Source: a virus
Lineage: Duplodnaviria; Heunggongvirae; Uroviricota; Caudoviricetes
Length of the DNA stretch: 33,977 nucleotides
Direction: 5' to 3' (one strand)
Virus record (IMG/VR): IMGVR_UViG_2563366805_000007
How positions within the stretch are numbered: position 1 is the first letter of the stretch; the number at the start of each line of letters is the position of its first letter. Position numbers and translations under genes: made by a program. Under the pieces are notes generated by a model. It did no database searches. It had not been told where the DNA came from and worked only from the letters and a program-made list of their open reading frames with translations. Of the stretch, positions 26,676-33,977 are shown one piece after another.

Positions 26676-27324
26676 CGTTATTTCCCTCCGACTGGCGGTC
26701 AATACGCTCAATTTCTGCAATCAAAAGCGCACATGCTTTCACTAAATTTCGACGATAGTCTGACGGTTTGAAACTGTCATCATGCCAGTCAGCAGGCCAG
26801 TATTCTTCAGCCGCCAAAGGCTCTATGTAACTTATAGCCGCTGCGGCCAGCTCACCTTCAATATATGTGTCGTCCTGCTGTGTAGTGTACCCCTTAACCG
26901 ATATCTGCCGCTGGCGCTCGGCCAGAACATCAGATGCTGCTGGTGACAGTGAAAACGATGGAAGTGCGGCCCTAATAGCTTTGCCCAGATCGTCGTTTTT
27001 CTTTTCCAGGCATTCGATACGGTCTGCCTGCTGATTGATGTGATCGTCCTGGGCGGTGTTAGTGCGTTCCTGCTCAGCTATGCGTTTTTGGGCCTTGACC
27101 AGTTCATCCGCCAGTGTCCATTCTGATTTTGACAGGACGTCTATTTCACCCAGCAACAATTCCACGACTTCAAGAGTGAAACTGCGCTGGGTCTCATTGA
27201 TAGTTTTAAGACGATTAATACTGGTATCGGGGCCAAATGGCGGCATTGCTTTACGTTTGCAGATATCGTCACGTATCTGCTGGATATTGATAATCGTATG
27301 CCTGGTCATTCGCTTAAACTCCAT
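26653..27324 (-). CDS. Hypothetical coiled-coil protein (early region)
   Basis: Open frame 26653-27363; preferred start MEFKR at 27324 or MTRHT at 27309; central coiled coil; C-terminal region with conserved aromatic residues (EEYWPADWHDD). Confidence 0.5.
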   Translation of the reverse strand: MEFKRMTRHTIINIQQIRDDICKRKAMPPFGPDTSINRLKTINETQRSFTLEVVELLLGEIDVLSKSEWTLADELVKAQKRIAEQERTNTAQDDHINQQADRIECLEKKNDDLGKAIRAALPSFSLSPAASDVLAERQRQISVKGYTTQQDDTYIEGELAAAAISYIEPLAAEEYWPADWHDDSFKPSDYRRNLVKACALLIAEIERIDRQSEGNNDEPRIPD

Positions 27325-27398
27325 ATTTAGTTGCCTGCGGGTGCACGAAGCCCCGGCAGGCATACCGTATTAAAATTCTGAGAATCAAAGAAAGTTAA

Positions 27399-27926
27399 TT
27401 AATCAGTTACAGTTTGTTCAAATGGGATTATTTCAAAATCCTCAACATCTGATTTAATGGATATCCCTGCAATTCCCTTAACTTCATTCGGTGATGCAAG
27501 AATTGCCTCTTTATTAATTTCCTCTTTATTGCGAAGAAATTTACCCAGGCTGAATTTCTTGAGTAACGCAATAACATCTTCAACTTTGCGAATGGTGACG
27601 CTGGGCGGGCGCTTACGCCAGCGAACTTCGCCCGTTGTCAGGTTGGCCGTCTTGGTCTTACCGTCTTTCGTAAGCTCTGCACGGTTGGCTTCACACCACG
27701 TCTGGACGCCAGTTTGTAAGCGGCCCAGCTCTTTCTTGAGCGCTTCAATTCCGGGAGCGGCGTCGTTAGTCAGCTCGGCCAGTTTGTCATTCAGTTCTGT
27801 TTCACGGCGCAAAATGACACGGGTGATGTCGCCAATTTTTCGGATATCGTTAATCACGTCTTCACGTGACTGCGGAACGGCCACTGCCGCAGCAGACTTG
27901 GCTCGTGGTTTTTTAGGTGCTTTCAT
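27399..27926 (-). CDS. gam: Host-nuclease inhibitor protein Gam (Mu Gam, Ku-like DNA-end binding)
   Basis: 175 aa; ...VPQSREDVINDIRKIGD...GVQTWCEANRAELTKDGKTKTANLTTGEVRWRKRPPSVTIR...QEINKEAIL...IPFEQ tracks Mu Gam closely (from memory). Confidence 0.85.
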   Translation of the reverse strand: MKAPKKPRAKSAAAVAVPQSREDVINDIRKIGDITRVILRRETELNDKLAELTNDAAPGIEALKKELGRLQTGVQTWCEANRAELTKDGKTKTANLTTGEVRWRKRPPSVTIRKVEDVIALLKKFSLGKFLRNKEEINKEAILASPNEVKGIAGISIKSDVEDFEIIPFEQTVTD

Positions 27927-27933
27927 ATCAACC

Positions 27934-28185
27934 TCAGTGTTTGATTATTTTACGGTTATCCTGCTCCACCCTTGCTTTCACAAACGTGGTGACCTGCTGG
28001 ATCGCCATCGGGAAAATAGCTGACAGACCTTCAGCAACCAGAAACGAAAATGAACCATCATCATTTGTGTTATTAAGATGAAACTGAATATTGAGTTTCC
28101 CTTCAGGTAGTTCGTTATTAATTGATTTGTCACTTTTCTGAACGATGCCATCCTCAATGACAATGGTGATAACCTGTTTAGCCAT
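27934..28185 (-). CDS. Hypothetical early protein
   Basis: 83-aa ORF with AAGGA RBS; comparatively AT-rich; no family assignable. Confidence 0.5.
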   Translation of the reverse strand: MAKQVITIVIEDGIVQKSDKSINNELPEGKLNIQFHLNNTNDDGSFSFLVAEGLSAIFPMAIQQVTTFVKARVEQDNRKIIKH

Positions 28186-28189
28186 TGTT

Positions 28190-28465
28190 TTAATCCTTAT
28201 TCAGTAATGCGCGTTCAACATAAAAACAGAACTTTGTCAGAGCCACTCCGGCTTCGTTCTGGGTGGCTGCTTCAGGAATCCCCGGAACCAGTAGCTGCCC
28301 AGGGGCATATCCGTGGCGTGCGTAAACATTTATGACCTCCCGGAGCCGCTTGTGATGACGGGCGCTCGCGATAGGTAAAGCGCCTTCCGGGAGTGTCTGA
28401 CCAAATTCAATCAGCCCGCTGGCCCACGCATAAGCGATTAATATTGATTGCTGTTTCTCAGTCAT
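28190..28465 (-). CDS. Hypothetical early protein
   Basis: 91-aa ORF with RBS, coupled to its neighbours. Confidence 0.5.
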   Translation of the reverse strand: MTEKQQSILIAYAWASGLIEFGQTLPEGALPIASARHHKRLREVINVYARHGYAPGQLLVPGIPEAATQNEAGVALTKFCFYVERALLNKD

Positions 28466-28479
28466 AAAAAACCTTTAAG

Positions 28480-28770
28480 TTAGCTGTCGCGATAAACGAT
28501 GTTAAAAACCTGACGACGGGACATTTCCATTTTTTCTGCGATGATCGCAACGGTCAGCCCCTCCTTATAAAGCTCACGGCATAAATACGCATCATGCTCG
28601 TCCTCTGTACGAATACGCAGTGACAGTCCAAGACGAAGAGCGCAATTCTGAACGGACTGTTTTGTACGTCCCAGTTGCTGAGCCAGCCCGATAACACTGA
28701 CTTTCCCTGCACTCTGCTCAAGAATGCGAAGCTCTTCGGGGGACCATGTTTTACCCGTTCTCCACCCCAT
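28480..28770 (-). CDS. Putative helix-turn-helix DNA-binding protein (early region)
   Basis: Start MGWRTG preceded by GGAGG; two HTH-like segments, the C-terminal one (LTVAIIAEKMEMSRRQVFNIVYRD) resembling Mor/C-type HTHs. Confidence 0.5.
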   Translation of the reverse strand: MGWRTGKTWSPEELRILEQSAGKVSVIGLAQQLGRTKQSVQNCALRLGLSLRIRTEDEHDAYLCRELYKEGLTVAIIAEKMEMSRRQVFNIVYRDS

Positions 28771-28772
28771 GC

Positions 28773-29012
28773 TTACCTCCAGATAATCCGGCAACCTTCC
28801 AGACTGGCGACCCAGACGGAGCGGGTGCCACCGTTGTGTGATTCAGCAATGCGCTCTGCGCTGTTAAGCAGCTCAACCGGCGGGCAGGCAATCTCCAGCA
28901 GCGGGCGACGCATAAACACCCGAACGTCAGTCACGCGACTGCCACGCGCACGCAGCCAGTTCTGCGCCGCTTCTGCCATGCTGATGTGCTCTGCAATACG
29001 TTCGGCGATCAT
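28773..29012 (-). CDS. Hypothetical early protein at the position of Mu kil
   Basis: 79-aa ORF starting MIAERIAE with AGGAG nine nt upstream, directly after the B stop. The longer ORF-track version from 29090 overlaps B. Confidence 0.5.
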   Translation of the reverse strand: MIAERIAEHISMAEAAQNWLRARGSRVTDVRVFMRRPLLEIACPPVELLNSAERIAESHNGGTRSVWVASLEGCRIIWR

Positions 29013-29016
29013 GATG

Positions 29017-29955
29017 TCACTCCTCTCCGATACCGCTGTGGCCCAGCTCCAGCATGGCGGACTGGATGTGCGCCGTGCCAATGGTCTCACCCTTGCCCTG
29101 AGCGTAAATTCCGGCCAGCGGCAGGATGTGCGACAGAGAACGCAGCGCCCCCGGACGTCGGGCGATAGCCTTCAGCAGCTTGCGTTCGTCAGCGCCGGTG
29201 ACCTGCCAGGCATCGCAGAAGCTGTCCACGTCACCAGCGGAAACGGTATTGATGACGTACTTCTTGGACACGCGGGAGAACAGGCGGGCAAAATCCACGC
29301 TGCGCTGGCCGCCGGTAAGACGGTCATAGACCTTGTGGTTACCCACCAGTGCCAGCCCCACGCCACATTCCTCCTGGAGAATACGCAGCTCTTCCACCGC
29401 ATCCAGACTCAGCCAGTCGGCTTCATCCACCACTATCAGGCCGCGCGTGTCCGGCAGACGCTGGCGCAGCAGGCGAGAGAGTGCACCACGGCGGTATGGC
29501 GCATCGCTGATGCCCATTTTCAGGGCCAGTTCATACAGGGTCTCCAGCTCATTGCTGCGGGATTTGCTGGCGGTGATGTGCCAGACGTTATTACCGCCTG
29601 CGGCATACTGCCGGATAGCCTTTGTCTTACCCACGCCCGGATTGCCGTAAACCAGCACAATCGTCCCGGCCAGCTGCGCCCACGTCAGGGTGGCGAGGAT
29701 TTTCTGAGAGGTCGGTGTCTCAACGAAATCAGGGGCCACCGGAAGCGTGGTTTTCGCGGCGTTGTGACTTTCAAGCCAGGTATTCAGGCTGGCAGCTACG
29801 GTGTCATTGTCACCTTTGTATTTCCCGTTCAGGAACTGTGAAACCGTCGCGGTTGATGTACCGGTCTCACGCGCCAGCGCTGCACCGGAAATCGTCTTGC
29901 TGTCGATAAGTTCACGAATGGCACTGCGCACAACATCATGGTTAATTTGCGTCAT
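29017..29955 (-). CDS. B: MuB-like ATP-dependent target-DNA activator (AAA+ ATPase)
   Basis: 312 aa; N-terminal HTH, Walker A GNPGVGKT and Walker B LIVVDEAD; immediately downstream of the transposase. Confidence 0.85.
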   Translation of the reverse strand: MTQINHDVVRSAIRELIDSKTISGAALARETGTSTATVSQFLNGKYKGDNDTVAASLNTWLESHNAAKTTLPVAPDFVETPTSQKILATLTWAQLAGTIVLVYGNPGVGKTKAIRQYAAGGNNVWHITASKSRSNELETLYELALKMGISDAPYRRGALSRLLRQRLPDTRGLIVVDEADWLSLDAVEELRILQEECGVGLALVGNHKVYDRLTGGQRSVDFARLFSRVSKKYVINTVSAGDVDSFCDAWQVTGADERKLLKAIARRPGALRSLSHILPLAGIYAQGKGETIGTAHIQSAMLELGHSGIGEE

Positions 29956-30050
29956 GATTATTAATCCTGTATTTTTTAAATGGCCTGTAATTATTCAGGT
30001 GTTAAAACTGATTCACTTAATTCAGAAGCGGCGCTCACTACGTCGCTTTT

Positions 30051-32033
30051 TTATTTCCGTGCCTGTTTAGCCTTATTAACAAACTGCTGGAAAATAACGT
30101 CGTTTTCGCTCTGCGTTTCCTGTATGTCCTCCACGCGCTTGACGGTGTTGCCCAGGGTAAATACTCGCTCCACCACATGCCGCTCCGGCAGTTCTGCATG
30201 CTCAGTCTTCGGCAGCAGGTCATTCACCTCAATCGCCGTCATACGGTTCAGAGCCTTAGTCGCTTTCTTCGTACTCTTGATCATCTCGCGGCGTGCACGG
30301 TTGTGTTCACGTCCAGCCTCGGTATCGCCAAAGGCCACGGCGGCACGACACTCAGCCATGCAAAGGAAACGGCCGTCGAGGTCATAACAGGCGACTTCTC
30401 CGTGCAGGTTCCTTGGATCAAACCGGACGGTGATTTTGCGCGAGCGGTGGCTGACGAGCTGTTCACTCCAGTAAGTATTCTTACGGCCAAATAACGAGCC
30501 CCCGCACTCCATCGTAAATTCGCCTGTAGTCTTCACGCGTACAGCTTCCGCAGGCAGCATCAGTTGACGAATTTGCTCTTCGGTCATACGGGTGATGACT
30601 GACTGGCTGTAGCTGCGCTCAAACGCCTGGTCGAAGGACAGTTCCCCCCGGCACATCTCGGTCTCGCGCCCGGCCTTCGCGTTGAACATGGCGACACCTT
30701 CGCTGATGGTTTCCAGGAATGTATCCACATCCACCGCCAGGCTGCCGTAGTTCTCTGGCTTGGAGCTGACGTTTTCACCGGCAAATGCTCCAGCCAGCGC
30801 AGGATGTTTGTCGATATATTCGCCCAGACCGCCCACGCCGAAGGCACGTTCAACGGGCTTTGCCTGTCCCCAGCCCTTACCGCCAATCACCCCCGTCCAG
30901 TGCAGCTTCATTCCCAGCAGAGGGATGATCCCCATCGGGTCATCAGGTTTGACTTTGAAGCGGTAACGGTTAGGAACGCCACCGGACAGCCATTTATTTG
31001 CAGCAGCGCGGGTGTTATCGATGGTCACATGTTTAGGCTTACCGTAAGCGCGGATGGTATCCATCAGGGATAAACGGATGCTGTCACTGTTCTCCGACAA
31101 ATCAGCACGCCAGCCAATAATTTTGCGACTGTGGACATCCTGCCAGAACCACGTTTTAGGACGGATGATGTCGCCGTTAAACCAACGGACAAACACGTTG
31201 TGCTGGTAACCGTCGCCATTGATCCACTCCATCGCATGAAGATATGCCACGGTGCGCTGCTGCGACGGATACATCTGCGCCAGCGCGTTCTCGCCCTCAC
31301 GGGTGGCAACGACGATACGCGGATCAACTTCACGTTCTAGCTTGCGGCGCAGAGTGCGCTCAGCGGGAATAATCCAGCCATGAGCATCTGCCGCCTTTTC
31401 AAGGCGCTCATAGCTTTTGGAGAAGAACGGCGCTTCGTTTCGCAGATAATCGCCCAGGAAGAACTGCCAGGCATCTTCAGAGATATCGGCAGTCCGGCCA
31501 GTCTGACGTTTTTCACGCACACGGCGGTCAAGCAGTACCGGACCCCAGAGGTCAGGACTATGGTCTTTGACTTTGTAGTAAAGATTGCGCAGCGTACCTT
31601 CACTGATTTGCAGCTGTTTTGCTGCCAGCGTGATCGCCTTACGATTGCCGATGCCGGAAGCCATCAGTTCCGCCACCAGCGCGGCAGCTTTAGTCCGGCG
31701 TTCTGCATGCAGACGCTGCTCGCCGGTAGCTTTCTCCCATGCAGACCACAGTCGCTGGCGTTCCAGATCGTCAGCCGCCACGCGCTCAGGCTCCTGTGGC
31801 AATGTAATCAGCCCGGATGATGTTTCAATCAGGCCACGTGCGGCCAGCAGTTCAGCGCGGACTTCAGGTGGCAACACCGATATGTGGTATTCGAATGCTT
31901 TGGTGCCAGCACGTTTACGGCGTAGTTCACTACGTCCACTGACAAAAGACTCCAAATGTTTTCTGACGTTCTTTTCTGCATTAGGAAAAGAACAAATTCC
32001 TACGCATTCTTTTGCGGTAACCCAGAAATCCAT
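30051..32033 (-). CDS. A: MuA-like DDE transposase
   Basis: 660 aa; N-terminus MDFWVTAKECVGI..., internal ...WQFFLGDYLR..., ...HAMEWINGDGYQHNVFVRWFNGDIIRPKTWFWQDV..., ...GKGWGQAKPVERAFGVGGL... are co-linear with Mu A (from memory). Confidence 0.9.
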   Translation of the reverse strand: MDFWVTAKECVGICSFPNAEKNVRKHLESFVSGRSELRRKRAGTKAFEYHISVLPPEVRAELLAARGLIETSSGLITLPQEPERVAADDLERQRLWSAWEKATGEQRLHAERRTKAAALVAELMASGIGNRKAITLAAKQLQISEGTLRNLYYKVKDHSPDLWGPVLLDRRVREKRQTGRTADISEDAWQFFLGDYLRNEAPFFSKSYERLEKAADAHGWIIPAERTLRRKLEREVDPRIVVATREGENALAQMYPSQQRTVAYLHAMEWINGDGYQHNVFVRWFNGDIIRPKTWFWQDVHSRKIIGWRADLSENSDSIRLSLMDTIRAYGKPKHVTIDNTRAAANKWLSGGVPNRYRFKVKPDDPMGIIPLLGMKLHWTGVIGGKGWGQAKPVERAFGVGGLGEYIDKHPALAGAFAGENVSSKPENYGSLAVDVDTFLETISEGVAMFNAKAGRETEMCRGELSFDQAFERSYSQSVITRMTEEQIRQLMLPAEAVRVKTTGEFTMECGGSLFGRKNTYWSEQLVSHRSRKITVRFDPRNLHGEVACYDLDGRFLCMAECRAAVAFGDTEAGREHNRARREMIKSTKKATKALNRMTAIEVNDLLPKTEHAELPERHVVERVFTLGNTVKRVEDIQETQSENDVIFQQFVNKAKQARK

Positions 32034-32269
32034 TATGCAACCTCTTTGACTGATACAGCTTCATAACGTGAGGGCCAAATATCTCTGGGGGTAAGCCCCA
32101 GAAACTCAGCAATAATTTTTTCCCCTTTCGGCCAGTGGTGGCGGAATACATTTCGTAATGTTGATTCCGCTAATCCGTTGCTTCTGGAGAGCTGACTGGT
32201 AGTCATCCCACGTTTCCTAATCGCTGCTTTGATGTCTTCCGGGTGCCAGTCTTGGCTTTTGGTCATCAT
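32033..32269 (-). CDS. ner: Ner-like DNA-binding protein (early negative regulator)
   Basis: 78 aa; ...DWHPEDIKAAIRKRGMT...LRNVFRHHWPKGEKIIAEFLGLTPRDIWPSRY matches Mu Ner / Nlp family; its stop overlaps the A start (TAATG). Confidence 0.8.
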   Translation of the reverse strand: MMTKSQDWHPEDIKAAIRKRGMTTSQLSRSNGLAESTLRNVFRHHWPKGEKIIAEFLGLTPRDIWPSRYEAVSVKEVA

Positions 32270-32500
32270 TCTGCGATCCTTAAATGTTTACACGTTCAGG
32301 TCAGCAATATCGCTAACCACTACGAGTAAAGATTAGAACACAAAAGAACGAAAGTAAATACTTTTGCGTACTTTTATGGTTGATGAGGTTAACCATGATA
32401 TTTTATTTAAAATCAATTCGTTACTTGATTTTCCGTGGTTAATCACAAAAAAGTACCAGATGTATTTTTCAATAACACAGAAAAGTACGGTGAATGATAT
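32270..32500. promoter_or_regulatory. Divergent c / ner control region (operator, early promoter, probable transposition enhancer)
   Basis: AT-rich; GTACTTTT/AAAAGTAC motifs at 32359-32365, 32368-32375, 32449-32456 and 32481-32488, plus palindrome AAAGTAAATACTTT at 32351-32364; lies between divergently transcribed ner and c. Confidence 0.5.
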
Positions 32501-32963
32501 GGTTGATTTTAGTGAATGGGTGTCAGTTCAGGATTGTATTGGTCTACCAGGTTTCCCCAGTGGAGCGCCGAATGTCCGGCGGAAACTGGAACAACTTGTG
32601 AGTAATAATCCTAAGTTGAAACGTAAGAAGGCTAAATCGAAAGCATATGAATATCATGTATCGGTCTTGCCAGAAGAAACAAAGAAATTCTTGGGGGTAG
32701 AAGAGCGCTCAGTTATACCTGACTCAGCCTTATCGTCACCAAGCTCAACAGCTCGGGACCTATGGATAATGCTTTTCGACAACTTAACAGAGCGTCAAAA
32801 ACAGTATGTTATTAAGGTTTTCATGCAAGGTGGGCTGAACGCTTTAATGCCGATGGTAGCTGATTTGGAAGCCAGTGCAGATAGAGAGATTTTTGAACAA
32901 CGTGATCCCAATGAACAGATTCAAGCCGCGCCGAAGCTGAGCACGCGAAATAAAGCTGGCTGA
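32460..32963 (+). CDS. c: Mu-type repressor c (start uncertain; open frame from 32364)
   Basis: ...EWVSVQDCIGLPGFPSGAPNVRRKLEQL...KAYEYHVSVLPEE... is homologous to the N-terminal DNA-binding domain of the transposase in this window (FWVTAKECVGICSFP...KAFEYHISVLPPE), the known relationship between Mu repressor and MuA; transcribed toward the phage left end. Confidence 0.7.
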   Translation: MYFSITQKSTVNDMVDFSEWVSVQDCIGLPGFPSGAPNVRRKLEQLVSNNPKLKRKKAKSKAYEYHVSVLPEETKKFLGVEERSVIPDSALSSPSSTARDLWIMLFDNLTERQKQYVIKVFMQGGLNALMPMVADLEASADREIFEQRDPNEQIQAAPKLSTRNKAG

Positions 32964-33260
32964 TTGCAAAAGTGCTCAATTGGCTGGCTTTACCTTCGCA
33001 CCTCCTGTGGGCATTTTAAGCTGAGTTTAAATCCCGTTAAACGCTTTGAAATTAACTGCTATACGATCCAAATCTATGTGACACTTAACTGGCTTCGCTA
33101 TCGAATGATCCAAAATTGACGATATGCCAGATTTTCCACAAGTCGAGTAGCTTAACGTTGTGCGAAGCCTCACAACTCAAGCCTTCCTCCCGTTAATTCC
33201 CATGAATTCCCGGTTATTCCCGGGTTCTCTGTTTGATCCATACATCACTGTCACTAGTCA

Positions 33261-33265
33261 GTGGG
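33261..33265. repeat. Right copy of the 5-bp target-site duplication GTGGG
   Basis: Identical pentamer to 886-890, immediately outside the CA-3' prophage terminus at 33260. Confidence 0.6.
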
Positions 33266-33977
33266 GATGAAGTGTGGTGGTTCCGATGGTTTTTCTGGTA
33301 TCTCCGGCAACCCTGCAATGGGGCTGGTTTCTGACTGGTTGACAACGCTTGGTGGCGCTTCCGGGTTAGCAGAATTTCCAGAATTATGTGGGGCAGAAGG
33401 TGATATGGTTAAGCGTTGTATTAATCTTGAGGATAAAAAAAAGTTCCTCAATCTAATGCAAGGCTACGAAAAGACAGCGAACTTTTTCGATACCACCATT
33501 GCGGATAACCCAAGTTTTGGCAACATCGCGGATGGGTTGATTACTGACGCAATAAAATCTACCGGAGCAGCGAAAAAAGGCGGGCGAGCGCCAATTGTGA
33601 GTGTATGCGATTACGCTGAACCTATGCCCGATAGTGGATTATCGTTGGTGTGTACTCCGGGCAATGACGTGGACGCGGTAACCGGATTGGTAGCAGCAGG
33701 ATGTAATGTGGTTATCTTCTCGACGGGTCTTGGTACGCCCACCGGTAACCCGATTGTTCCGGTGTTAAAAATATCCACCAACAGCACGATTGCCAGACGA
33801 TTGTCTGACATGATTGATTTCGACTGTGGCCCAGTGATTGACGGCACTCCGCTGGAAGATGTGAGTAGAGAATTATTTGAAAAAGTTATTGAAACTGCCA
33901 GTAAGGACTACGTCGTGAAGGCAGACAAACTCGAACAGTTTGATTTTATGTTGTGGAAGCGGTCGTTAGACTTGTAG
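33261..33977 (+). CDS. UxaA/GarD-family dehydratase, C-terminal fragment (remainder of the gene split by the prophage)
   Basis: Contains the family motif MKCGGSDGFSGISGNPAMG (compare UxaA ...LECGGSDGLSGITANPMLG); in frame with the N-terminal fragment once the prophage and one TSD copy are removed; ends at the window edge. Confidence 0.7.
   Translation: MGMKCGGSDGFSGISGNPAMGLVSDWLTTLGGASGLAEFPELCGAEGDMVKRCINLEDKKKFLNLMQGYEKTANFFDTTIADNPSFGNIADGLITDAIKSTGAAKKGGRAPIVSVCDYAEPMPDSGLSLVCTPGNDVDAVTGLVAAGCNVVIFSTGLGTPTGNPIVPVLKISTNSTIARRLSDMIDFDCGPVIDGTPLEDVSRELFEKVIETASKDYVVKADKLEQFDFMLWKRSLDL

Larger units (their letters stand above)
891..33260 (-). mobile_element. Mu-like transposable prophage (Mu left end at 33260, right end at 891)
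   Basis: Gene content and order match Mu: c, ner, A, B, gam, gemA, mor, lys, terminase, portal, F, I, T, sheath, tube, tape measure, N, P, baseplate, S, U, G segment, gin. Termini are 5'-TG...CA-3', flanked by a 5-bp direct repeat, and the insertion splits a host gene. Confidence 0.85.

Noticed and set aside
28773-29090. 105-codon version of the post-B ORF starting at 29090
   Set aside because: It overlaps the 3' end of B by about 70 nt in another frame; the internal ATG at 29012 has a strong AGGAG RBS and starts right after the B stop.
28675-29841. 388-codon plus-strand ORF opposite the B ATPase gene
   Set aside because: Entirely antisense to the confidently identified B gene and neighbouring early genes; translation is Arg/Ala/Gln-rich and unlike any folded protein; no start context.
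33254-33451. 65-codon minus-strand ORF spanning the left prophage junction
   Set aside because: Antisense to the dehydratase C-terminal fragment, crosses the insertion junction, Pro/Ser-rich translation; almost certainly spurious.
1-33977. CRISPR arrays, tRNA or rRNA genes, integrase or attP-type site-specific integration
   Set aside because: No regularly spaced direct repeats with unique spacers and no stable RNA-like segments noticed by eye. Integration is explained by DDE transposition (5-bp duplication, TG/CA ends), not by a tyrosine or serine integrase.

Overview
Almost the whole window (about 891..33260, roughly 32.4 kb) is a Mu-like transposable prophage inserted into a host UxaA/GarD-family sugar-acid dehydratase gene. 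The two halves of that gene lie at 1..890 and 33266..33977 and rejoin in frame across a 5-bp target-site duplication (GTGGG); the prophage ends are 5'-TG...CA-3'. The phage is inverted relative to Mu convention: repressor c, ner, transposase A and B sit at the high-coordinate end on the minus strand, followed by the gam / gemA / mor early region, a lysis cassette, terminase, portal, head, tail, baseplate and tail-fibre genes, ending with the Gin invertase at the low-coordinate end. A roughly 1.9-kb invertible G segment is bounded by inverted gix-like sites that I read directly in the sequence. I found no unmistakable novel multi-gene system. The most interesting non-canonical content is an AT-rich membrane-protein gene sitting where Mu encodes its late activator C, a cluster of unassignable early-region ORFs, an unusual lysis cassette, a central intergenic region that may be a strong gyrase site, and a probable tail-chaperone frameshift. 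All protein-family calls are from recognition of the translated ORFs by eye; no searches were run.
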